Shown: piece after piece, positions 25,574 to 36,800 of the stretch
Layout of the letters: every line of letters starts with the position of its first letter
Numbering within the stretch: the stretch's first letter is position 1
DNA from: Macrostomum lignano
Lineage: Eukaryota
Direction: 5' to 3'
Assembly (NCBI GenBank): GCA_002269645.1
Contig: NIVC01002306.1
Coordinates: 121,316 to 185,315, forward strand
DNA: 64,000 nt
Notes under the pieces: generated by a model
Told to the model about the DNA's origin: nothing
Databases searched by the model: none
Seen by the model: the letters and a program-made list of their open reading frames with translations, nothing else
Position numbers and translations under genes: made by a program

Positions 25574-25977
25574 GGGGTTCGTTTTCCCTTTCTGGGCCGC
25601 GTCTGCCGGTCTTTTGTGCCACTTGCTTTTACTCTGCGTTAGTCTTTTGGGGTTTAATATGTCAGGTTGAGGCAGGTATCTGACTCTAACTGGTTTTAAA
25701 CCCCCCCGCGCCGGCCCGGCCTCGCTTTGGTGGGTTGGTGGGGTGCTGGTGCTCTGCGTGCGTGCAGGGCTTAGGGCAGCCTCCCCCCCGCTCTGTGCTA
25801 TTTAGTCACGCGTCGCGGCCGCTGAGTCGGCGTAATTTTGGCAAAATATTTTTTTCTTTTAAATTACAAAATCAATATATTTCGTCGCTTAAGGGGTTCG
25901 TTTTCCCTTTCTGGGCCGCGTCTGCCGGTCTTTTGTGCCACTTGCTTTTACTCTGCGTTAGTCTTTTGGGGTTTAAT
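25574..25977 (+). repeat. 85-bp identical direct repeats (B1 25574-25658, B2 25893-25977) of the retroelement 3' end
   Basis: GGGGTTCGTTTTCCC...GGGGTTTAAT occurs twice with no mismatch seen. Confidence 0.95.
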
Positions 25978-26985
25978 CGATCATTAAGTGTTGGATCGCC
26001 GGGTCCGAGAGGAAACAATAGCAGCGTGTTTCCTCGACTGTTTGATTCAATCAGATCGCGGAAACTCTTGCCCGATGAATCAGTGCAGCGTGGTGAACTG
26101 TAACCGCGGTCAAATATCGCCACGACTCGATACCCTGGCACATTGGCACAGAGTAGTTTTGTTAGTGCAGCTGGAATGAGATGCTCTCGCTCCATCTCTA
26201 TCTGGTAGGCCGCCAGATTTCCATCACTGAGGACAGGAGATGTGGATCCGCTGAGCGGTGCTGCGTAAACTACCTTGCCAGTCGCATTCACTACGAGCAG
26301 TTACTTTAAAACGTTGCTACTCTTCGGAGCATAGTATGTGCGTTTCTGCAGATGGTGCTGGCCGCCTTTACCGATGAAAAAGTACGTATGGTCACCGATA
26401 AACAAAACAAGCTGCTTAACCCCAAACGTATCGTTCAAAAATACCTGCAAAAAATTCGTCCCTAACAACGTTCGTCTCCAGGATCGTCTCAATCGGAGCA
26501 CATGACAGTAGCCTTGGTTGAAAAGGGTCGTTGATGTATAGTGATCCTTGGCCACCTCCCAAAAGACTTCACAAGCGCGGCGCGCAGAAATGTTGAAATC
26601 GTTTCCTATGGCTTCAAAGCTGACGCCATGGCGGAGTTTTTTCAGGTAAAGAAATATACTCTGTTCTCTTGACTTAGAAATCTAGTGCGTACTGAGCCAG
26701 AGATGAGGCTTTTGAAGCTGCCAAAGTTCTCTCGAGACATTCCAACGACTTTCTCAAAGCGCTTGTCAGCCAAAAGTTCAGGAAAAAGAATCAAAGATTC
26801 GGGTTAAAAAACTTTTTAACCTTGGTTGGAGAACGCTGCAGCGCACCTCTCACATCTGCGAATGACTTGCAGGAGCCAAAGGAAGTCGCTTCCTTTAAAA
26901 CCGAACACCTGGTTGTCTGCTGATGTTTCTTGAGGTTGAATTCAGTGCTGAACTGTTTACCACATCGATGGCATGCCCAGTTCAT
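25975..26985 (-). pseudogene. ISL2EU/Harbinger-type transposase, 5' portion with N-terminal C2H2-like zinc finger
   Basis: Exon 26985-26821 (MNWACHRCGKQFSTEFNLKKHQQTTRC...), phase-0 59-bp intron 26820-26762 (GTTAAA...CTGACAAG), then exon from 26761. Segment 25975-26762 duplicates 21032-21819. Confidence 0.8.
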
Positions 26986-27589
26986 GACAAAGCTAAGTTA
27001 CATAGATTGAAAAGTGAAGGAAACAGTGAGCCGCAAGAGTCGATCAGAAAATGTGCATCACCAAATTATTGCACGCATAGATTTCGAAATATAAATGGCT
27101 AATGGTCACGCACTTTAGAGTCCTGCATGCTGTCTTGAAGGCTACTGACAAGCTTTTTTGACATATAAAATACCTTTCTGCCCAAATAATGATAATCGCA
27201 GCATTATTAACACACTCAGCGTCGGCCATGCAAATGTACATGCAGTGCACATATGGGTGCGGGATTCAGATTGCGTAATCGATACTTAAATGCTCGTTGC
27301 CCAGCAAAAAGAAAGTTCAAGGTGTCAGGCCAATAAAAAGTGAAGAACACTCATTATAAAATGATATTGGCTAACCAAGAATTACGTGCACATATGGGTG
27401 CGGGATATAATGAGGCTGCCTCGATATAATGAGGATTTCAATATTAGGTCCATAAGATTTAGGCATATGATTACAAAGACACAGCACCCTCGGCATCTCT
27501 GTCAGCCTACTTCAGCATCTTGCCTACTAATGTAGAATCCCATCATTACTCGAAGTATGGCCCGTAAATATCATCAACACAAAAGGGAT

Positions 27590-28050
27590 GCGGTTTTCAA
27601 CGATTCTTGTCTCATTGTCGGTCCAGTAGAGAGATCCGATAGAGAAACCGGCTCAATCGGCCATTGCTTCCATTTCAGAGCCTTAAGTTCACATGAAATC
27701 CCCATTTTTCCCCATTTATCCCATTCAGGGAGACCAAATGATAGAGAGATGCGGTTTTAAACGATTCTTGTCTCATTGTCGGTCCAGTAGAGAGATCCGA
27801 TAGAGAAACCGGCTCAATCGGCCATTGCTTCCATTTCAGAGCCTTAAGTTCACATGAAATCCCCATTTTTCCCCATTTATCCCATTCAGGGAGACCAAAT
27901 GATAGAGAGATGCGTTTTTTAACGATTCTTGTCTCATTGTCGGTCCAGTAGAGAGATCCGATAGAGAAACCGGCTCAATCGGCCACCGCTTCCATTTCAG
28001 AGCCTTAATTTCACATGAAATCCCCATTTTCCCTATTAATCCCATGCGGA
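27590..28050 (-). repeat. 161-bp tandem array, ~3 units, inverted (right arm)
   Basis: Reverse complement of the 17950-20350 unit. Confidence 0.97.
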
Positions 28051-29627
28051 AGCGGCCGGAGTGGAAGAAAGATCAATTACGCTTTTCCTGTCTATTTTGG
28101 GTCTGAATAGTGAGAATTTTGCTGCGGTTTGGTTGCCTGACTCACGGCTTCCAAATCGCGCTTTCACATCCTTTTTAATTTTTTCCTGAACCAGTACTCA
28201 GTTCTAGAACCGATTCAGAAAATTAATGAAGTAAAGTGAAAATTTCTGAAATCGAAAATATGAAAAGCCTTTTTTATTTCATAGGAATTTCTGTGTCACT
28301 TCCTTATGTACATGTATGTATATATTATTTCTCAATAATTGTTACAATTAATCACACGCTAATTATTAATTAAAGAGAGTTATTAGGTTTTCGAAATTAT
28401 TTTGTTTTCATTACTGATTTCAGACACTTCATGCTCGATTTTAGCACCTAAATAGCAGTGGCTATATTACACAGGATGTTCAAGTGAAAATGGGAGGCCG
28501 GTATATTTCAGTTACAGGGAAAGGATCCCAATTACAATTGGCGAAAAATGCGAAAAATCTAATTTTAAAAAATCGATGCAATTTTAATATCAATTGTGAA
28601 AATCTATTTTTTACTGAATTTCCGGGATACATATCCGATTAATTGCACAACTGCACAACTTGATAATAGTGGTAAATAGGAAAATGCATTTATTGTAAAG
28701 TTGCACATCGGCTTTTATAATGTGGGCTAGATTAACAAAATATATTGAATACTTCAGAAAGATTATTAAGCTTGATTACGCTTAGACTGCTCAAGAAAAT
28801 ATTATTTCAAAAAAATAAATAGCGTAAGTATTTCTTACAAAAATGTCAGATAGCAGAAAGTATTTTTGTTTAAAGTGGATATTTCGACTAGGAAAAATGT
28901 TGTCAATTTATATAGCTTTATTGCGATAAATCCATTATAGTAATTTATAGCCTCTATATAAGTACATAGGCTTTTTAATTATACTAAGGCATATTAATTA
29001 TACTAAAGTAGCATCTATAGTACTATATTTCATTTCAGCATTTATGCTTCTAATGTCTATGAAATTCTCACGTCAGGTACCCAAATAGCGGATAAATTTT
29101 CACTTTCAATCGACTCTGCGACTGCCACACACTAGTGCAAATACGTATACTACTGAATAGAGAATTTATTGAAGCCAATAATTTTTATGCTTCTAGATAA
29201 TAAATTTTAATCACCGAAAATTGAACTATAGCACAATCCTTTTATATTTTTAAAAATAAATAATTAAACTGATACTATTCTAATTAATCATAGTCATAAA
29301 TTATCATTACTTGGTAGACTTTTTGTGACTTAAATTTTTCATAGATTCAATGTAAAATGTACTTTTTTTCTCTATGTAGAAAAGCTGAAATCAATTTGCA
29401 CTTATTTTGGCCTATGGATGGCGAGGCCGAAGGCCGATTTTTAACAGCATACAATTATAATATACTAATAGTAGAAGTTAATACTATTTAAAAGAGCATA
29501 GTTTTTTTCCAAGCGGAAAATTTGTTTTAAGGTGTGAAAGTATGGGAATGTTTAAGTTTTTTTACTTTTTTTAACCACTACTAATATCCGACATTCCAGC
29601 CCAAAAAGTGGCTCTCCATTGCATTGC

Positions 29628-32600
29628 ATGGAAGACCCGTTCTCCAGCCGCACCGCCGGCCTCCACCTGCCCCAATGGAGCCGCGTGGCCCACTTGGAGA
29701 CCTTCAGCCTCCAGGCGCCAAACAGCCGGATTGGCGCGCCCAAAACGCCAGTGCTGCCGCCAATCGACAGTAGCCACCAGGCGCAGGCGCCGGATGGCGA
29801 GGCCGACGTCGATGAAGGTGCAGGCGACTTGGCGAGTCGGCGAGCTGTCTACCTGGAGAAAAACCTCAAGTTTCTGCGAATTCAGCACGAAGAAATGCTG
29901 GCCTCGTTGCAGGCTGAAATTGAACGACTGCGCCTAGAGAACAAAGGTAAGGGACTTTGAGATTTTTTAAGCTTTGAGATGAGCTCAAACTACAGGCGGC
30001 AGTGAACCCCGCCGACAGAAACAAGGCAAGCAGTTGCTGGGGTACTTTGACACGCTTACCGCTGGGTTCTCTCTAAACAAAGTTGCAATTTATTGACATC
30101 AAACTTGAAGAATATTTAAACACCTCAATATTATCATGACTACTCAAAACTTCAATGATTTCCATAGATTTGCAATACCGTGTCGTCATGACCGGCCGAA
30201 ACAGCGGAGCTGCCGCGGTTGCGGCTCCAACGTCCGCCTCTTCAAGGCGGCTGGAGAGTCCATTTGTGCGTCACCATCCGGCTGACGTCAGCAAGGATGC
30301 CGGCGACTCCGCCGACGCCGATGCTGCAGTCAGCGCCGCTGTTCAACTTGACAGTTCTGAAGGCGGGCATCTTCGAGAGCAGCTGCAGCTGCTGCAGAAG
30401 CAGCTGGCTGATGAGAAACGCCAGCGCCAGGCTCTGCAGCTGCTGCTGGAGCAGCAGACCGAGCAGCTGCAGAAAGAGAAGTAAGCAAAGTCAATCAGTA
30501 CATTTCAAGCCAACGCTAAAGTTTGCTAGTAAATTCTTTAATGTAAGCATTTTGCGACAGTCTTTATTTACCAATTGATAAATAGTAGTGATATTCTAGT
30601 AATTACATGTAATGGTAGTTTAACATTGAGTGTCAGTTTCATTGGAGATTCTGTCAGTTTCATTGGAGATTCTGTCAGTTTCATTGGAGATTCTGTCAGT
30701 TTCATTGGAGATTCTGTCAGTTTCATTGGAGATTCTGTCAGTTTCATTGGAGATTCTGTCAGTTTCATTGGAGATTCTGTCAGTTTCATTGGAGATTCTG
30801 TCAGTTTCATTGGAGATTCTGTCAGTTTCATTGGAGATTCTGTTAGTTTCATTGGAGATTCTGTCAGTTTCATTGGAGATTCTGTCAGTTTCATTGGAGA
30901 TTCTGTCAGTTTCATTGGAGATTCTGTCAGTTTCATTAGAGATTCTGTCAGTTTCATTGGAGATTCTGTCAGTTTCATTGGAGATTCTGTCAGTTTCATT
31001 GGAGATTCTGTCAGTTTCATTGGAGATTCTGTCAGTTTCATTGGAGATTCTGTCAGTTTCATTGGAGATTCTGTCAGTTTCATTGGAGATTCTGTCAGTT
31101 TCATTGGAGATTCTGTCAGTTTCATTAGAGATTCTGTCAGTTTCATCAGAGATTCTTTCAGTTTCATTGGAGATTCTGTCAGTTTCATTGGAGATTCTGT
31201 CAGTTTCATTAGAGATTCTGTCAGTTTCATTGGAGATTCTGTCAGTTTCATTAGAGATTCTGTCAGTTTCATTGGAGATTCTGTCAGTTTCATCAGAGAT
31301 TCTTTCAGTTTCAATAAGGAATCTGTCAGTTTCATTGGTTTCAGAATTTCCTTGATTTTTACTTCTCAAGAAGTATGACAGCCTTTCCAGCCAAAATTAA
31401 GTTCTCATATGTTCATTCTCCGTTTTTCTAGTTAACTGTCTCTTAGTCTAATGGCGGCGTAATGTTTTAGTAGTTATAATAAATCAGTATAGTATGCCTC
31501 ATATGCGCAGCCACTAACTATAGCTGGTTTTGGTACCGCGACTCGCAGTTTGCGCTTAAAAATCCGTAGTTAGTTTTAGTAACTCGTTTTAAACAAAACG
31601 GAAACGGATTTATTAATAACAATAATTGCTATTGATAAACCAAAACAGCAGCAAAACTGTTCGAAGTCGTCGGTGGACCAGCAAACGCGGAGGGTAAGAT
31701 GGCAGGTCTGCGCTAACGCAAAGTACATGTATATGCATTGTAATATTTACATTTGCGGTTGTTTCACTTTAATCAAAGTGCATGAAAACTCACTCCACCT
31801 CCAACTTGGCAGCTAAAATCGAATTGTGGTCACTGTGCACTGGCAAACTCCTCTGTGAATTCATTCTTATGCAGAACTTTAACAAAATTTGACAAATGAA
31901 GATATCTGCAATTCTGCAATCTGGCAGTGCACAGTGTCAGCCTTCTTAAGTTGCCTATGCTCACTCACCAGTACATCTATGATCTATTAAATATTAATCA
32001 TATACTAATTAACACTGTTAATAAACCACTTATTGTGTGCTAATTAAATGTGTTGAATTCTGCATCGTGAAAACTGCTATTGCTCCCCAGGTAGTTTCCT
32101 CACTGATTCGCTAGGTAAATAAAATTTAATTTAAATTTGCTATATAAAAATGGACATTGTTGAACAACCCACTTTAAACACCTATGCATGTAATAAATAA
32201 ACAGATTGGGAAGATTTTAACTGTGCACTAAATGATGTTCAACAACGATAGATTGTATGGAATTTTAGACAATTTGACGCACTTTTAAGTTTGATTTGAT
32301 TGGACGAGAGATGGGGTGGGTGAACTGATTGGTCACTTGGGGCAGAGAGTGTGATGTACGCTCGTACATTGATTACGCGTGGCGAGGGCCAGTTGAATTG
32401 GCAATCTGATAAGATAATAGGCAAGCCTATAACTTGGTCATTTTTAATTAGTTTAATAGAATCATAGCAGTATGCCTACTCTTATCAATTGGAAAAATCT
32501 GTGGTGGAGTCGCTGAATGGTGCATGCATGCAATAATGGCCGTTTTGACTTGCCATTGTGTCTGGGTAAAAGTTCTTTACAATGTCCTTCTTTTTAACGC

Positions 32601-34182
32601 AAATTCGAATTCGATTTACTTTAACAACTCTGAATAAAGTGCGTCAAAATTGTCACTCCACGAAAATAACGCACGACTGGCTTTTGCTTAATTCTGTGTG
32701 ATCACTGTTGGTTGTTTAAAAACAGAGGTTGAAATATCTTACCCATCATAAATTGCTTTTTTTCTATTAGCGGCAGGGGGTTGTGTGCACCCTGGCGCAC
32801 TTTAAGTGACATTGTCACACATCTGGCGAGAGGCATTGCTGCCCATTCAGCCGACTCCCCTGAGCAGGTACACAAGCGCGCGGATACGTACGCAGTCATA
32901 CGCACAGGCACACACTCACACAGGAGTGTACGGCAGCCCTAGTTTTATTTATCGTTAGGCATGTACACTTCACTGTGCCTTGGGGTCGGCCCTCAAGGGT
33001 GTTAATTGCACGAGCAGAGCCAAGCCGAGATTCCAATTTAGCCACAAATTAATGCGACTACTTAGATCGAGCCGCTGGCACATCCGAGCGCCGCGCTAAC
33101 GTAAAAATACTACAAAAGGTAGTCAAATAACTCAAGTAATATAACAGCACTTCTAGGTTCATATCACCTAATCAAGGTATCCAATTCCGCTTCAAGGTGT
33201 ACAGCTTCCGGTAAAGAAGTTCTTTACAGTAAAACAAAAAATATTCAAATATTTCAAATCCGCTGTATGTAAAATGCATCGTGTGGTGAAATTTGGCCTT
33301 TTAAATAAATTTTCATAAATGTGAAGTGTTGCTACCGGCATAATCATGAACGACCTAATAATAAATGACGGTAAAATCTGTTTCCAAGAAAATCTTTGAC
33401 GGCGGGCTTCATAAAGAAATATATATATAGCGGCTTTATTAAATACTATGCAGCATTTAATCTGCTTCCAATAAAAAAATCGCTAATTTTTTGGACAAAG
33501 CGTCAACTCGGCCTTCAAATATTTTCTAAGAAACAAAATTTCCCGTCCTACCGTCTTTCTCTACTACGCCTGAATGCACAAGCCATAACTTTGGAACCCA
33601 TCAATCACTCAACCCGCCGCGTGCAGCCAGGAGCTGCGCCATCGAGCCGCCCAAGCCGAGGCCGCGGCCGCCTGCCCGCCGGAGCTGCAACTGCAGCACC
33701 TGCGGGTTCGCTTCGACCCCCTGCGGATCGGCGCAGTGGACGAGGCCAACTCAACAGTCGACGATGGGTCGAGTCGGTGGCGGGCGCCCAGCCTGCCGGA
33801 GTGCGAGCTGCTGGTGAAGCAGCTGACGGTTGACAATCGGCGTCAAGCTGTCGAAGTTGAACGCCTGAAGGCCGAACTGAAGGAGGCCGTCTACTACGGC
33901 GCCTACAAGCCTCAGAGGCTTCCGACCTTGGCTGTTCGGCCCAGCCAGCACCAGCCGCCGGCGGCGCCGCCGCACCTGCTTCTCTCGGGCGAGAATCCTC
34001 TGATGGCCAGCGGCAGGCAGCAACCGTTTCTACAGCATCTTCATCAACAGCAGCATCATCAACAGCAGCAGCAGCTGCCGGCTTTGACAACCGCGCTGAC
34101 AACAGCCGCCGTAGCAGTCGGAGGTCGGGCCGCTGATCGGAGGCGAAGAACGCAAATTCTGAGAACAGGAAAGCAGCAATGA
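29628..34182 (+). CDS. CCDC74: CCDC74-like protein (CCDC92/74 N-terminal coiled coil plus CCDC74 C-terminal domain), 395 aa
   Basis: Phase-consistent exons 29628-29946, 30168-30480 and 33627-34182. Motifs [49 protein letters not shown] and RAPSLPECELLVKQL. Confidence 0.85.
30627..31335. repeat. 21-bp minisatellite (GTCAGTTTCATTGGAGATTCT)n in CCDC74 intron 2
   Basis: About 33 tandem units visible. Confidence 0.98.
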
Positions 34183-34639
34183 CCATCAGCTACTCGTAGG
34201 ACTGAGGTCTACAGGTGTATTTCATTTGGGATGGTATCGGCTTCGTGTACACTTAATTACTATTTGTGTCTGTGAGGGCAAATGACATTATGAGCAATAA
34301 TAGTAATTGAAGTGCACGTGTAGCGTATATCAAAATTGTGGAATTCAGTAGACAGAAGCTCGCTTTAAAAGTTTCAAAGCTTAGGCTTTTATAGGATGAG
34401 CTGTCTTATTTGGCTTCTCGATTAAAACAAAACCTAAAACTAAAACCTAAAACCTAAAACTGAAAGCATATTACTGACAAAATTTAAAAATTAAATAATC
34501 TTGACAAAATATTTCTTGCTTGATTAGGAACAAATTTTAAAGCCCATTTCCGCCTTCAAATGAATTGTTACGCATTCTGATAGATTCTCGCTTTAACTGG
34601 TCGGCCCTTAATACGAGTTCGTTCAGAAAGATAATCCCA

Positions 34640-35200
34640 AGGACTACTCAGGTACATGTAGAAAGACGGAAAACTACGTTTTTTGGAATTTTTAGGCAGT
34701 AGGTTTTACTAAAAATACATTACAGAGATAGGAAGTTTTTATTTTTTAACACAAAAATTGTTATATTGCTTTTAATAAAGTGGAGACTCAACGTTTATAT
34801 TTTGATATTTCTTGCCTTCCTTATGGTCGTAGCTCTTTTTAGGATTACTGTGATCCTACGCACGTCCTATGCCTAGAAATCATAAAATCATAATTCATCA
34901 TTCTGTTACACATTTTGTTACACAATCATTAAGCTAGGATCTCATTACAAGGATATAAAATTAAAAGAATTCTAGCTATTATCATAATTTTCTAAACGAA
35001 AAGCTTTGTAAAAATCAACAGAGCTATAGGAAAGGCAATGCAAGACATATTAAAAGAATAACGTCGGGTCTGTCTCCTATCTAAAGCAATATTAACCATT
35101 TTTGTGCTGAAAAAAATTAAACCTCATCCTCATTAAATCTCCGTGATGTATTTTTGGTAAAACCTGCCTCCTAATCGAACTCGAGTCCTATACGACACCA
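34640..35200. mobile_element. Foldback MITE-like element
   Basis: Arm 34694-34775 is the reverse complement of arm 35083-35169; same family as the 7.6-8.9 kb arms. Confidence 0.6.
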
Positions 35201-36599
35201 TAGAAACGATTTCTTTCATAGCGCCTTGTTACTCCTAATTGTTAAAGCTGACCACTTGCTGAGAGTAACCTTCAATTGTTAGTATGATCATACCGGATGA
35301 CACGCGGATGTTCACAAAATCTTCATGACACAAAAGTTACACCGTAAATTTAGTTTCTCATGTTCGGCGAAGCGCCCACCTGCATGTTTCATAGTATACC
35401 AGCTCGTAGGCAACTTTTCACCGGATTAAAATAGACTTTTCACCATTCTGTGCACCGTTATATATGTTTTACCTTCTTTCTACATTTATAGTTTTTGCCC
35501 TACAGAGCCGTAAGATGTTTGATAGATTGTATGCTAACTTTATTTGATTCTATATATATTATTTTTTGTTTAAATCATTCCGATTTTAGAAAAAAATTAT
35601 AATCCACGCAAGCGTTACAGCTACGGTTTAAAATATTATGTAAACTGTCGCGGAATTGGATTTACGGCTTTCTGTTTTATCATTACATGTTTTATTTATC
35701 TGTAATAAAGTTTAGATATAAGTAAACATTATGCATACGTACGTTTAATGGCATAACTCATTATAATTATCTTGGAATAATTCTCCATACTGGGGATCCT
35801 ACAGTGGCAAAGGAGATCGTGTTGTTTATTATTTGTTAAACAACACGATCTATTATTTATTATATGCATGTATGCGCCGCCCTTACCGGCCTAGCGCCGA
35901 TATGTATCCCCCAGGCGACTCTGACGCAACGCACACCCCACGCAAGAGCCGATATGTTGCCCTAACGCCTACTGCAGGCACCGAGCAGCCGCCCCCCTCC
36001 GGATACGTATAGGCCTTTAGATGTACATATTGGCAAATGCATGTATTGACAAAAGTAGGCCGGTGTAGGCCCATTTTTATTACTTAAAGTAGGCTCATAA
36101 GCAAAAATTACATGCACATAAAACACACTGCTGGTATTGTCGGTAAATTAAGTATGTTTCGATACATACAAAAATGTTTTGGTGCATATTAATTGGTAAG
36201 CAAAAGTAGCTGGTATAATTTATATAGACGCATTGACAGAAATATTGGTAAAAAGTAGCATATATTGACAAAAATTAAGTATAGGCATTATAACAGCAAA
36301 AATTTGTGCCTAGAATACCTAACTCTAAAGTCGTCGTGTCCATGGCCTAGCTGCGCGCTGCATACAAACTAAAACTGAGGTAAAATATATAAACAAATAA
36401 CCCAAGGGGAGCAAAAGCTAGGGAAGTTTTAATACATAGTACGTACCGCCCTGTCAACTTTTCAATTGCTCTCGCCAAGGGTTTTTATGGTTATGTATTT
36501 AGAATTCTATATGAATTACCAAACCATTGTCAAACAAATTTTCCCAAGGAGGAGACTGACGGCTTGATACCGACATCGACTCTCGATCTTGATCTCGCT

Positions 36600-36800
36600 G
36601 GGCTCTTTGTGCCCGCGCCTACTATAGGGTCGGACCCTGCCTGATGGGTAGTTTGCACCCGACATGGGTTATCTCTTCGGAGATCGTGAGACAAAGCGAG
36701 TTGGCGGAGCCAAGTCTTGCAAATAATAATTGAGCTTTGCAGTTAAGGCAACCATAAACCCTATGGGCTCCGTCGTGGTTAGCCCATCAGAGCTAGGCGC
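36600..36800 (+). other. Candidate structured RNA of unknown family
   Basis: Mutually compatible nested stems, including a C(UUCG)G hairpin ATCTC-TTCG-GAGAT at 36671-36684; see findings. Confidence 0.35.

Larger units (their letters stand above)
21820..25977 (+). mobile_element. Ngaro/DIRS-like retroelement (gag + RT-RNase H), 5'-truncated, no tyrosine recombinase ORF
   Basis: DIRS-type RT and RNase H motifs. Split-direct-repeat-like ends: identical 85-bp repeats at 25574-25658 and 25893-25977, and an 18-bp match between 21865-21882 and 25836-25853. Confidence 0.85.
17818..28178. mobile_element. Large Foldback-type DNA transposon: inverted arms ~17818-20400 and 27537-~28178 enclosing an ISL2EU/Harbinger-type transposase pseudogene
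   Basis: The outer unique ~130 bp (aagcgcgatttggaagccgtgagtcaggcaacc...), the 161-bp repeats and the inner ~50 bp all occur in reverse complement in the right arm. No TSD recognised; outer ends approximate. Confidence 0.8.

Noticed and set aside
30568-31378. Four ~250-aa heptad-repeat ORFs
   Set aside because: A 21-bp minisatellite inside CCDC74 intron 2; open in several frames only because the unit lacks stops.
36600-36800. Assignment of the structured region to hammerhead, HDV-like ribozyme, RNase MRP, 7SK or telomerase RNA
   Set aside because: CTGATGG lacks the hammerhead A9 and GAAA; no valid P3/L3/P1.1 arrangement; no GAAAGTCCC CR-I; no Pol III terminator; TAAACCCTA does not fit a TTAGGG template.
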